DNA from: Octopus sinensis
Taxonomy: Eukaryota
Assembly: GCF_006345805.1 (NCBI RefSeq)
Contig: NC_043010.1
Coordinates: 18,662,001 to 18,726,000 of the forward strand
Reading direction: 5' to 3'
Length of the DNA: 64,000 nt
Part shown: positions 39,301-52,310 of the stretch, piece after piece
How the letters are laid out: every line of letters begins with the position of its first letter
Position numbering within the stretch: position 1 is the stretch's first letter
Notes under the pieces: generated by a model
What the model saw: the letters and a program-made list of their open reading frames with translations, nothing else
Databases searched by the model: none
What the model was told of the DNA's origin: nothing
Translations under genes and position numbers: made by a program

Positions 39301-39559
39301 GGTGATTCTCATTTTCCTCTGCTGGACTCCATAGTCATTCAATGCTTTAAAAAATCCCATTAGATATTTATAATTAAATATGATAAAAAATATTTTGTGT
39401 ATTGTAGAAGTCCGTAACAAATTTATTGCACATAAAGTTTGGCAACAAAATCCTATATGGAACCCAGTTGAGAAGCGCTGAGCTAAAGCATCATGGATAG
39501 TTGTTGAGAAGCTGAAAATATCTGAATGACAGATGCTAGTCCTTTGCATTGTCAGAAAG

Positions 39560-40010
39560 AAAAGGTATCATACTGACTCATCATCAGCTGCTACAAGCTA
39601 GCCTAGGAAGAAGCCAACTATGAAATGGATGGACAGGAAGAGTTTTAGTAGGTGTTTGGATCAGTTACTACTGATGCCCTCTTCCTAGCGGAACAACTAC
39701 AGAAATTATTAGCTACAAGAACACCATCACCACCATCTGTCATTCATTGACCTGGTGAAGGCCTTTCTTTGACACGGTGACTCTGCTCAGTGGTCTCTAA
39801 GAAACTTGATGTAAATGAAAGGTTTTTTAGAATTGGTGCATGCCACGTAAAGAGATGTCACCAGCAAGGTGAGAGAGTTAGCAATAAGTAAGGAATTTGG
39901 CCTACAGTTAAGTATCCATTGGGGGGTCAGTCCTCTAACCCCCTGCTTCTTCAGGTCATAAGAGGAGTTGTTTTTTGAGCTTGTGTGTGCTGATTACCGA
40001 GTTCTCATAA
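39560..40010 (+). mobile_element. RTE RT fragment, decayed
   Basis: TTDALFLAEQLQ..FIDLVKAF..KVRVSN motifs in broken frames. Confidence 0.55.
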
Positions 40011-40982
40011 GTTGTTGACTTAGAGAAGAAATTTCAAACAAGGAGTGTCGTCTGACTGCCCCCCCCCATGCTGGCTGCATGTAAAAGGCATCATCCGAAC
40101 ATGGTCGATGCCACCCCCACACTCAGAGTGGTTGGCATTAGGAAAGGCATCCGGCTGTAGAAACAACATTGCCAGATCAGATTGGGAGCCTGGTTCGACC
40201 TCCTGGCTTGCAAGTCCCCAGTCAAACCGTCCAACACATGCCAGCATGGAAAACGGACATTGAACAATGATGATGATAGAGATAAAGTATGGGATTGTTC
40301 TGCCTACAGATGAGAAATAGATTGGAATTCTGTACTCTGTTCTCTGTGCATAAATTGTGTGCAAGAAGTGAGGTGGAATGATGGGCAGGTTACCAGGAAG
40401 ACTTTGTAGATGACAGATGGACTGGAGCAGGTAATAGTGACATTGACCAATGAAGTTTTTTTGAAATGCTTTGAAGGTTCCTTAGAAGTAGTTGATGGCA
40501 TTTGTTGATGACATGAATAGCTGTGAAAGTGTTCTCTGAAAGAATAATATTCTGCCTCCATCAGTTATGATGACGAGTGTTCCAGCTGATCTGATCAACA
40601 GAACAGCCTGCTCGTGGAATTTATGTGCAAGTGGTTCTCAGAGATTCAGTGTGACACAGCATGTGACGAGGCTAGCCCTTTGGATTACAGGCAGATGAGT
40701 GAACTAGAAGCAACATGAAATAAAGTGTCTTGCTCAAGAACACAATGCACCATTGGAAATCCAACTCTCAGTTTTGCAGTTGTGAGCGAAATACCCTAAC
40801 CACTAAGTCACATCCCTTTGCTATCCTGTCTAAAATTGGAGGAGGGAAACCTGGTTCTTTCCATGTGAAGGGTAGATTGCATAAAATGCAATGCTGCTTA
40901 TCAGTGGAGTTAGAAGCATTTATTGTGTTCCTAGAGTTTGAGTTGCTAAAACTACTGACAGGCTTACTAAATATAAATTGTA

Positions 40983-41152
40983 ATTATTATTCAGATCACT
41001 GTCTGGAATCGAACTTGGAATCTTGTGGTTAGTAGCCAGCGCTCTTAACCACTATGCCATATGCCCACTAGCATATGGTGTAGTAGTTAAGAGTGCAGGC
41101 TACTAACCCTAAGATTTCTAGTTCGATTCCAGGCAGTGACCTAAATAATAAT
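40983..41152. mobile_element. Head-to-head pair of family E tRNA-like heads, both truncated at the (AAT)n linker
   Basis: Minus head starts at 41066 and plus head at 41071, with spacer ACTA; A box TGGYGTAGTRG and B box GTTCGATTCC on both arms. Confidence 0.85.
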
Positions 41153-41671
41153 TTATTAATAACATCATAAAGTAAATTATAATAATGTTAATATTTACAA
41201 TTTCATAGAAAAAAATTTTTTTTTTTTTTTTTATCTGAAATTAATCAAATCTCAATTAGAGGGGATCTGGTTGAGGTAGTTCTGTTTCTAAGATTAAGTT
41301 GTTAGTAAATTCTGGATTTGGATTTTTGATTTAACTTTTATTGTATAGATACAATATTTCTTCAATAAATTTTGTAGAAATAAACTTTTGAATATTTTAC
41401 AAAATAATTTTCATACCATTTGCCTTCCTAGTGCTGGGGCTACAAAAATTTTCCCCGTACACTTTGTAAAGTGGTTGGAAATAGGAAAGGCATTGAGTCA
41501 TAGAAATGTACCAGCACCAATGTTCACAAGCAATAATTCCCAATAATCAATGTCTTGGACCATCTTTCCAATCCATGTCAACATTGAAAGCACATGTAAA
41601 ATGGTAATGATCAAAATGATATTTCATTTAATGTAATCACTTCATACTGAAACCAGGTTTAATTTTAGTCA

Positions 41672-41747
41672 TTTAACCACTACGCCATATGCCAGTAGTG
41701 GTTAAGAGTGCAGGCTACTAACCCCGAGATTCTGAGTTCGATTCCAG
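41672..41747. mobile_element. Second head-to-head family E junction
   Basis: CCACTACGCCATATGCC-A-GTAGTGGTTAAG, the same junction as 44617-44619. Confidence 0.8.
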
Positions 41748-43355
41748 TTGATTTCTGTTTTCAGTCTTCTTTTAGTTTTAAACTTTGTACTTTTTATATA
41801 GTTTTGAATTAACTCTTGAAGGAAGATGTTCCTGATTTTATGATATTTTTATAACCCTTTGATAAAACAGCTTTTTTTTTTATTCTGCAAGTTTTGTCTT
41901 ATGTTTTATTGTTTGTAACTTCTTCAATAAGTGATATAAAAAAGTCCTAACAGCATAGCTACAGCTTCTAAGCTTCAACTTTTATAGGTTAGAGTGTTAA
42001 AACTATCTTGATCATTATTCTCATTGGCCATGCTTGTTGTGTGCTTTTAATCAATAACAAGAAATATGTGATTAATCTATGACTCATCGTTAGCCCTGGA
42101 CACATAATTGTGAAACAGGCACTGAATGTTGAGAATGTGTGGCAGCTTGGGGGAAAAAAAACAAACAAAACATGAAGTGAATCTGCTTTTTGCTCTGCTA
42201 GATGTGTAATGTTGATGTGCATGAACTGAGCAAAAAGAATCAAATGTAGCATGCAAGAAAAGTGCAGAGTGTTGCACTGTTGTGCATAATGCGATTGGAG
42301 GATGATAGATTGGTACAGAAGTGCCCAACAATTCAAGAAGGAACATGTGGAACAGAAAAACATAGGAAAGCTAAATCACTTCACAAGATCTGCCTAATTT
42401 AGTCATGGGAATTATCGAATAATTATCAGTTATTTGTTGTGTAAATTTAACCTATGACATTACTTAAGTGTGATGGAATCCCAAGTAGTCTCATAGCAGC
42501 CCAAACTGTTTATATTTTTGGAAACATTTTTTGTGTTGATATCATTCTCATCATCATTTAACATTGGTTTTTCCATACTGGAATGGGTTGGACAATTTGA
42601 CAGGGACTGGCAAGCCAAAGAGCTGCTCTGGCAAGGTTTCTTTGGCTGAATTCCCTTTCTAATGCCAACCACTTTACAGAGTGAACTGGGTGCTTTTTAC
42701 ACTGCACCAACAGATACAAAAACACATAATGAAAGATCTGTTCCACTTTACTTTGAATATCTGTTCAGACAACACAATTTACATGCACTTGAATTTATTT
42801 ATTGTAGAATAGCTGATATTGTTGAAATTATTTTATATTTTTTCAACAAATAGTTTGCTCTAATATTGATCATAATTAAAAGCTTCTTCATAGTAGCTAT
42901 AGATTATATAAAAATTGCCACCGAATATTTGCAACATCATAGAATAAGAAAAGTTCTCTTTTTTTTTTTCTTTTACATGCAAAGGTAACGAGTTTCTACT
43001 TCCTGTGTTATATATATATAGAGAGAGATCACATAGGATAAAGGAGGAGTTTTAATGTGGAAGCAATTACTGACCCCTAAACTCATTCATAACATGTTTG
43101 GCATGCTAGGACCCCATTAATTACATGTACTGTTTTTTGCAGTAATCAGACGACTGAAACAGCTAATTAAACTCGATGCATTGTGCCTACGAGTGCAGAT
43201 TTTTGACTACATTAACCATTTCTGCATCGATGTCTGTCTTCCTATAATATATTTTTTTTTTATATTCATGCAGGTGCAAAAAGGTTCATAGCCAGGCAAA
43301 AGTTAACAGCTCAGACAGGAAGCTAAAAGGGACCAGAGATTTAGCTAACATCAGT

Positions 43356-43662
43356 ATGGCATTAGTTGAAACAGTGAGAGGATATGAACACAGTGAAGAT
43401 TTAATCAATGGCAACGTTGATGATAGATGTAAGGATGTTGATGATGAGGAGGCTGAAGAACATATGAAGTTGGACAATATAAAGCCTCTTAGAATAATTC
43501 GCAAGGCTAAACGGCCAAGCAAGGCTGTGGAAGGCCATGGCCATCTACAGAATGGAGGGGGTTCTAGTACGGGCACTCTCATTAACACTGGAAATAGGTT
43601 GGCCTTCTCTAAGAACAGCCGTCGATCGAGGAATGGCAAGGGCAGGGGTCTGCCCAAGAAAG
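43356..43662 (+). CDS. PDCD4: Programmed cell death protein 4, first coding exon (102 codons + 1 nt; exon 43274-43662); remaining exons not found in window
   Basis: Ends in RRSRNGKGRGLPKKG, matching vertebrate PDCD4 RRSRSGKGRGLPKKG(GAGGKG). Also INGN and KAKR motifs, strong Kozak context (AGTATGG), poly-T/CAG acceptor at 43273 and AAG|GTAAGT donor in phase 1. Confidence 0.92.
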
Positions 43663-44384
43663 GTAAGTCTTCACCTATGTAAATTAGGTTTCTTTATAAC
43701 GTGCTGCTGTGATAAATTAACTCGGAGATTGTCAAGAACAAACATTCCAGATATGACCACCCTGTTATAACTAGAATTTTCCCTATCATGGTGTATCTAA
43801 GGCTACATTATTCATTTGAGTATCATTTGAGTGAGATTTGGCTGCTACTTCTAGCACAGCAAATGATCCTGACGAAGCTTCCTCATTTGCTCAATTCCTC
43901 TGAATGTGTGTTGTATTGTTATGGCATACTTTCTCAGATCAGCATTTATTTATGTTGTTGGGGCATTTATATGTTGTGTGTGTGTGTATATAATTATAAT
44001 ATAACCAAAACACTGTCCTCCAGGCTGCTTTCTGCTCTGTTGTCGTCTAATATTTACTCCATTCCCATTTTGTGTAATTTTCCTATGTTACATCTATTTT
44101 TCCTTTGTATCCTTCATCTGCTTTATTCCTCTAACAGCGCTCACTTGTTCAGTGAATAAAGTTTGAATACCAAACACTAAAGACAGCATTAAAATGTGAA
44201 AAACAAAAAGAAAAATGGGTATTGTGTTGAGGTAGTCATGTGAACGTTCTCAATTTACCATACACACATATCAAAGGATTTCATGTTTTTGCATTGTACA
44301 CCTATTATGGTACTGGAAAAAATCAAATTGAAAAACTTACTGTAGATTCAAACATGTAATTGTATAATTTAGTATTTGCTACAT

Positions 44385-44836
44385 TATTTACATTTGACGG
44401 ATCTTTGTCCTCATCTTGTTTGTTGTTAACACCACGTTTTGGCTGATATACCCTTCAGCATTCTTCAGGTGTCTTGGGGGAAATTTTGAACCTAGGTTCC
44501 CATTCCTAAGGTAATTTTTCGGTGTTATTATTATTATTATTATTCAGGTTACTGCCTGGAATCGAACTCAGAAATTGAGGTTAGTATCCTTCGCTCTTAA
44601 CTACTACGCCATATGCCAGTAGCGGTTAAGAGCGCGGGCTACTAACCCAAAGATTCTGAGTTCAGTTCCAAGCAGTGAATAATAATAACATCGAAAATTA
44701 CCTTAGGAATGAGAACCCAGGTTTGAAATCTTCCCAAGACACCTGATGAAGGCTGGAGGGTATATCAGCCCAAACACGGTGTTAACAACATACAAGATGA
44801 GGACAAATATCTATTCCTCATCTCTTAAATATAGAA
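44385..44836. mobile_element. Palindromic head-to-head dimer of family E: tRNA-like head + (AAT)n + Penelope-type tail with minimal hammerhead
   Basis: Arms of ~200-230 nt centred at 44618. Hammerhead-like cores: 44743-44783 (+), CTGATGA-A-GGCTG..CAGCC-CAAAC; and ~44426-44468 (-), CTGAAGA-A-TGCTG..CAGCC-AAAAC-GTG. Stem I is GACAC/GTGTT. Confidence 0.85.
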
Positions 44837-47517
44837 TTGCTATGTATTACTTTTCTGTTCATATATATATATCATCATCACCATCATCATCGTTTAACGT
44901 CCGCTTTCCATGCTAGCATGGTTTGGACGATTTGACTGAAGACTGGCGAACCAGATGGCTGCGCCAGGCTCCAATCTGATCTGGCAGAGTTTCTACAGCT
45001 GGATGCCCTTCCTAATGCCAGCCACTCCGAGAGTGTAGTACGTGCTTTTAAAGTGCTACCTGCGCAGTATATATATATAAGCATGAAGGAATTGAAGTTA
45101 GTATACACTGCTGGATGTGTAATGTCCCTGTGCATACATGACAGAGTGTAAGCACCCTGAAAGAAAAGTTGGACATACGAAGCATCAGATGTGGTATGCA
45201 TGAGAAGACCTGACAAGCCAAGTGAAATCGTAGCTGTGGCCAATGCCAGTGTCACCTAACTGGCCCATTTAAAAGTACCCTTCAATCATTGGGCAATATG
45301 CTGAGATTGTGAAGATCTGTTGAACCAAGTAAAATTGTAGTCGTGGCCAGTGCTGCCTAACTGGCACCTGTGCCGAGCACCATTCGAGCATGGTCGATGC
45401 CAGTGCAGCCTGACTGGCTTCCATACTGATAGCATGTAAAAAACACCATTTGAGTGTGGTTGATGCCAGTGCCACCTGACTGGCTCCTGTGTCAGTGGTA
45501 CATAAAAAGCACCCACTACACTCTCAGCGTGGTTGGCATTAGGAAGGGCAGCCTGCTGTAGAAACCTTGCCAGATCAGATTGGAGCCTGGTGCAGCCTCC
45601 CAGTTTGCCAGTCCTCAGTCAAACTGTCCAACTCATGCCAAGATGGAAAGCAGACGTTAGACGACAATGATGATGATATATATTTGTATATTTCAGTATT
45701 AACTTACATAAACACGCAGTTATGTGCAGAAATATAAAATGTTTTTTTTTTTATTCCTGTTCATCATAGGAGTTTTGATAACATGAACAGTAGAGATCTT
45801 AGCAAAGGAGTTGATGATTGGAAACCTGTAACAACTTTCATGCTAGAATCATTTTCTACAATCACCTCATCCAGCTCAAGCCTCCCTATCAGCTCTCCTG
45901 TTCTCAGCACCCCCAATGTCCCTTGAGGGCAGGTTCTGATACACTTCTGCCATCATCTCTCTCATTATCACTCTCTTTATCTTACTCTTCAATTCACCTT
46001 CCTTTGTTTTCCAACTGGAGTATCCATGTGTCTACTCTACAGCAAGACCTTAAATCTCTCAACTGGCACTTAGCCCCATGACCTCAACATTATTCCCCAC
46101 TCCCAGTTGGGGGCGAGGAATTGCCTTGAAAGGTACTTGGTGACACTGTCAGAGTGCTGGTACCATGTAAAAAGCACCCAGTACACTCGGTAAAATGCTT
46201 GATATTAGGAAGGGCATCTAGCTGTAGAAACCATGCCAAAGCAGATAACGGAACCTTGGTGTGGCTCTTGGCCTTGCCAGCTTCTGTCAAACTGTCCAAC
46301 CCATGCCAGTATGGAGAGTGGATGTTAAATGAGGATGAGTCCCTATCATGTGCTGTAACAATCTCCTGTAATGGTTAATTTTTAAAAAGCATTGTGCACA
46401 ATCATGAAATATTTTAGTTGAAAGAAAAGGAGACAAGTTTATACTTGATACAATTGATGGAAATAAATTAAAGCTCCTTTCCTTATTCAGCATCTTGTTT
46501 CTTCATTAACACCCAACAAATAAGAAAGAATTAACATAATTTGTTTGATGCTGGATTAAACTTATAATTTGGAGAAATAATTTTACTGATATGTCTTCAG
46601 AAATTAATATTTGAATTGGCGTTAGGAAGGGCATCCAGCTGTAGAAACTCTGCCTGATCAGATTGGAGCCTGGTGCAGCCATCTGGTTCGCCAGTCCTCA
46701 GTCAAATCATTCAACCCATGCTAGCATGGAAAGCAGACGGTAAACAATGATGATGATGATTAAATGCAGTGGAGAACAATAACAAAAGAGCTTAAAAGCA
46801 GAGGGTAAACAATGGAAGAAGCTGTCAAGGACACTTTTAGTGTTAGAAGGCAGAATAATCTCGCTGTTGCCTCAAGTGCCACAAGGCACAATGAGAACTG
46901 AATGTAATGTATATTTCCAGAAGTATGAACAGAGATGTGAGAAAATGCTATCTCGTGTTATGACTGTATCACAGTCAATAAAAATAAGTTTTATTATCTA
47001 AACATGTAGTTGAAATATTCAATAATAAAAGAATCATGAAAACCACATTTTGATTTTTTTAAATTAAATTTGGAATTTATAAGAATTTTGTAGACAGTAT
47101 AAACTTTGCTTTCTTTTAGCAAAAGTTATATAATTGTAACTAATTAATGAGCAGCTTTCTTTATTATACTATATAAATGTATTAAAAATAAGAGATAGAA
47201 TATGCAGGAAACATATTTAATATTTTTATGCCTTCATGCATACCTTAAGTTTCAATATACTTATGCCTTAGTACTTTGGCAAAAAATACAAGCTTTAAGT
47301 TGTAGTGCATGCTCTCATATTTTTGTAATCATACAACTTACACAAAAAGGAAATCAATAAAACAAATAAGAAAGTGTACAAACAAATCTATTTACATATT
47401 ATCAACCAGGGAGGCCGAGATAAGCAAGAAGTGGGATATAAATCAAAAGATAAAATTAGAGAGAATTAGAACATAGAAAAGGCGTTGGTGGTTGTGAGTT
47501 ATATCGGATTCTAATAT

Positions 47518-47932
47518 TGCGGTGAGCTGGCAGAAACGTTAGCACGCTGGGCGAAATGCGTAGCCGTATTTCGTCTGCCTTTACGTTCTGAGTTCAAATT
47601 CCGCCGAGGGCGACTTTGCCTTTCATCCTTTCGGGGTCGATTAAATAAGTACCAGTTACACACTGGGGTCGATATAATCGACTTAATCCGTTTGTCTGTC
47701 CATGTTTGTCCTCTCTATGTTTGACTCCTTGTGGGTAGTAAAGAAATAGGTATTTCGTCTGTCGTTACGTTCTGAGTTCAAATTCCGCTGAGGTCGACTT
47801 TGCCTTTCATCCTTTCGGGGTCGATAATTTATGTACCAGTTTCGCACTGGGGTCGATATAATCGACTTAATCCCTTTGTCTGTCCTTGTTTGTCCCCTCT
47901 ATATTTAGCCTCTTGTGGGCAATAAAGAAATA
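47518..47932 (+). mobile_element. Family A SINE dimer
   Basis: Junction at 47749/47750; 18-bp TSD TATATCGGATTCTAATAT at 47500-47517 and 47933-47950. Confidence 0.85.
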
Positions 47933-48757
47933 TATATCGGATTCTAATATAGGCAGAGAACCAACAGTTTTGTGGATAGGGCAAGTTGTTCTCAACGGGG
48001 TTCATATAAGATTTTTGGAGGTCCATGCAAGCAGAATAGCAAGTTGGGGCTCCACAGAAGTATTTTAAGGGTCTTTGGGAAAATTTTGCTTTACATATGT
48101 TTATTGCATGCAACGGTTAGATTTCTTTCTTGAATGGTTTACATAGTTTCACATATTTCCAGCCATTGATTCAGAATTTTGGAAGAAGTTTCTATAAAAT
48201 TGGTTTTTGAACATTGAATGGCCATGATGCTCCATGGATAAAAAATGGTTGCGATGCCATCACCCTCTGTACTCAACTGGTACTTTATTTTATCGCCTTT
48301 GGAGGGATGAAAGGTAAAAGTTAATTCCAGTGGGAATTGAACCCAGAAGAAATATTGCAAAACCATGCATTCTCATAGATTCGATGATGTGATTGTTTAT
48401 TTTTAGAATGGTATTACAGGGTAGGTGTGAGAGGTGGGATTGGGCCAGTTTGAATGTAAAACAAGTAGGGTATTTGGGCCGGGTATGGCCAGTTTAAATG
48501 CTATAAAAAAGGTTGTGATTTTTATTATTGCTTCTGTTATAACAATCTTGAGTTTTAGATTTTCTTAATTTTCACTATTTTTTCATCCTATTTTGATCTG
48601 AATTCTGCTTTTTGCTTACTTGGACCTTAACTATCCTTCCCATTCTCTCGTCGATTCTATCAATATTGATCTGTTACATGATGCTCCTTATTTGTTCTTT
48701 TTTTTTTTGTTTGTATTTGCTTAATTACAGGTGTTTTGACGCTAAATCGACGATTTG

Positions 48758-48935
48758 CCGTATTTTAACGTGTATAAGGAACCCCCTAATTTTTTTCATG
48801 GGGGGGGGCTTAAAATTTGGAAAAATGGTTTTGTAAGGGATTATAATACTTACTGACCATGTATAAGAAACTCCCATATTTTTTAACCTAACTTTTTGAC
48901 AAAAAAAGGTTCCTTATACACGTTTTAAAATACGG
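48758..48935. mobile_element. Tc2/pogo-like MITE (178 bp)
   Basis: TIR CCGTATTTTAA(AA)CGTGTATAAGGAACC at both ends; TA on the right flank and TG on the left. Confidence 0.75.
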
Positions 48936-49406
48936 TAAGTACTAACTCTGTAAAGACGTTAAAAATGCCTAATTTTCTGCTTTTCTCACTTCGTTATGTG
49001 ACTTTAATCCTGTATCACAGTAGGATATTTAGGGTTTAATGTAAGACTGATTTACTGAGCCCGAAACACACGTGTGTGTGTGTGATCTAGTTTAATGGCG
49101 ATCCTATTAACAAGCGGTACTCACGACTCCGAGTTTGGTGTACAGCTAATCGTCAGATGTGTAGGTTATGGGTGAAATTTGAACTCTGCCCGAAGAGTCT
49201 TGGGCATCGTTTGTTAGCTGTGATCGTCATTAAACAATATTATACACCCTCACAATTTTCCTACAGTTGTGGACTCCTTTTTTATTATCATTTTGTTTTA
49301 TTCGCATACAATATGCCTAAGAACCACAACAAATCTTGCGCGCGTACATGTGTGTGTATGAATATGCTTTTATATATGTTTATTTTCCTGAATATATGTA
49401 GTTATA

Positions 49407-49453
<47 letters not shown>

Positions 49454-51934
49454 TTTCATGCCTAATTATGTTTATCTGCATCTCCCTCTCTCTCTCTCTA
49501 TATATATATATATATGTGTGTGTGTGTAATCCAATTCTCTGTTTATGTGTCATTACAATTCAAGGCAGACTTCCCATCCTTTATGTTGGTCCTTATGCTG
49601 CTAAAACATCGGGTTCTCATTGTAAAATTATATATTATGTGGGCTTAAGGAAATCCCTTAACTGCATCTCATTGGTTCATATTACAAAAAAAAATTGAGG
49701 GATATTGTCCAAGATAGTAGCAACTGCCATACTGTATATCTTTCAGTGACTCATTTGGTCCCTAATTCTCCCGCCCCCCTCTCTCTGTATGTCGAGTGTG
49801 TGTTGTGTACTGTATATTATTGGTGTGTTTCAAGTGTACTTTTTGCTATCCATAGTAACAATATAAAGAATAAGCTAAACTCAACCAAGGAAAATATTAT
49901 TAGAAACCCCGCCAAACATGCTTATATCTGTTTTATAAATGCCCTGAAATGCATGACAGAAAGTGTTATATTTTCTGTTAATGTGACAGAAAATGGTTTT
50001 GATCCCGCATAGCAATCTGTGTAGTTTTTTCTTTTCTCTCCCTGTCTTAGGGAGTGCATATGTGTTTTCGAGTGAGAAGACTGCATTTTTGAATCTCTGG
50101 TGCCACAATCCTTGCAATAATGATGTCTAGATTTCATTATCTCCTCTGAGACTTCCCTTAGACTTTTTAGTAGTCACATGGGGAGAGACGAAAAAAAAAA
50201 TCTCATTTTATGTTTAAATACTAAGAGTGAGAGTTTGCTGAAGTAATCTACTCCGACTATTTCAAAACCATATTAAGTTCACCCACACATACAATATGTA
50301 GGTCTATTGACTGCGCAGTAAATGCTATTTAGTTATATATTCACCCTAGTCCAGTAAATATTTGATCTAAGATGTTAAGTTTGTGACTCTCCAATCCCGA
50401 TTTCTTCCTTCAGACATAGCACATCTAAGATCACACATCCAATGCGTCCGTTCTATTTTAAGACTGTCGTGTGTATTTATTTCGAGAGATTTTGGTTGCT
50501 ATTTCTAACTGCTCGAGCAACCGCTAGAGGCTTTCTTTGGTTAGTCAGCGAGCAGTGTTGAGATATGCAGCTACACGTGCTTGCTGCACACACACACACA
50601 CACAAACGTTTCGTTAGTAATTCTTAAAATTCAACATTGCTACAACGAAGACGGTGTGTATATGTGCGTGCAGGCAAGTATGTGTGTGTATATATATATA
50701 TATATATAAACACACATACACAAAAAGAGTGAGAGATAATGTGTGTGAGTGTTTTGATTATTTATAAAAATCATGTGCAGGTTTTATGTTGTTATCCACT
50801 CATAGAAAACAACATCAATGTAGGACAGTGTGTTATGTATGTGTTTTGTGTGTGTCCTTCACCTTTAATAGTGCAGCAGGGAGGGCGAACTGCTTGTCTT
50901 CCGATTGTAGAGTTAGCTTTTATTTTTATTCTTAATTCACTTCACATCATACACTCACCATTTTACGCTGGTCTCTTTTTCGTTTTCCCTCACCACAAAA
51001 CCCTTCTATCCAGCCCGTTTGTTATAAGAAAATGTGGAGAGGAGGGGGTGTACAGTTGCTCCCTTTTCCCCCTCCTCCTTTTTCTCACTGCTACTACTAT
51101 ACTACCACTATCACAATGTCGCTGCTCCCTTCTGTTCAGTGTTTTAGAAACGGGTTCCCCTATTTCTACTTATGAGGGAGGGGGATGTGGTACTGTTCTG
51201 CTTTGGTGGTGGTAGTAGGCTCTGATTGAGCACTTGTAAATAATTTCCATCCATGACCTTTCCATACTATTTACAGTCATAATATATGTGTATACTGTGT
51301 ATTCCTGTTTAAGGTAATGGATTTAACTGCTATTTCAAGCAAATTCAGCGACCATCTTGAAGCAGTGCTTCTCAACCATTTCCTTCTGCCTCTGGTCCCA
51401 TTTCATCCCTATTTTACTCTCCCGAACCTCATTAGACATTCGATGTATTACAACAAAAATCCTGCTGTATCTTTTAAATTAAATATTATTAGGAATTTTA
51501 TAAAAAATTTAATATTTTGTCCATTTTAGAAAAGTATAGGCAATTTATTGTACATAAATTTTAACAAAATCTTACGTGGAGCCCCCAAGGGCCATATGGA
51601 CCCCCGACTAAGAACCACTGCTTTAGAGGCCTCCCTGTTTGGTTCGTTAATGTTGGTGGTGGATGGCTACTGTATGTAGTGGCGGCGGTGGTGTTGTAGT
51701 GATGGCTACCGCTACAGGATGTTATTAGTAAGGCTCGTGTGCATTTGTTATTAACCACATTGGAATCTGTCTCAACAACTATTATGTACAGCCTCCACAA
51801 TGTTAGCCTTTTTAGCTCCCTTTCTCAAATCACCTCATCTCTCTTTCTCTCTCTCTCTCTCAACACACACACACAAACCTTGTGTAAACTGTGTGTGTAT
51901 ATATATTAAAAATGGGGAAAACCGGTTTATGGGA

Positions 51935-52310
51935 TTACCTTAGGTTTCCCATCCATAAAGGGTTTAGCAGTATGGTGTATCGCTAGATACTATACACAGT
52001 ATATATATATATGAAACACGGAGTAGACGAAACGGAGGCGGCTGAAGAAGGGGAATTTTCCTTGTGTTGTATGTCTTGTACTCTGTATTTTCGTTGTTTA
52101 AAAAAATGTCCGTTTCCATGGTTGTTTTTATGTTTTCGTTTCTCATTGTGTTCGACGTTTTTTTTGGTGTCCTGTACCCATATATGCCTGTATATATATA
52201 CATATAGATGTAGGTACGTACATATATGTATGTATATATGCATATGTTTTATTTATTATTTTGTTATTATATATATATATATAAATATACATATATATAT
52301 ATATGTGTGT
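51935..52310 (+). mobile_element. Second copy of the pLTR-like repeat seen at 15420-15700
   Basis: Shared CTGAWGAAGGGGA..TTCCTTGTGT..GGTGTCCTGTAC..TATATATG block. Confidence 0.6.

Noticed and set aside
40983-44690. tRNA genes
   Set aside because: The heads lack a paired acceptor stem and run into SINE bodies, so they are SINE promoters rather than tRNAs.
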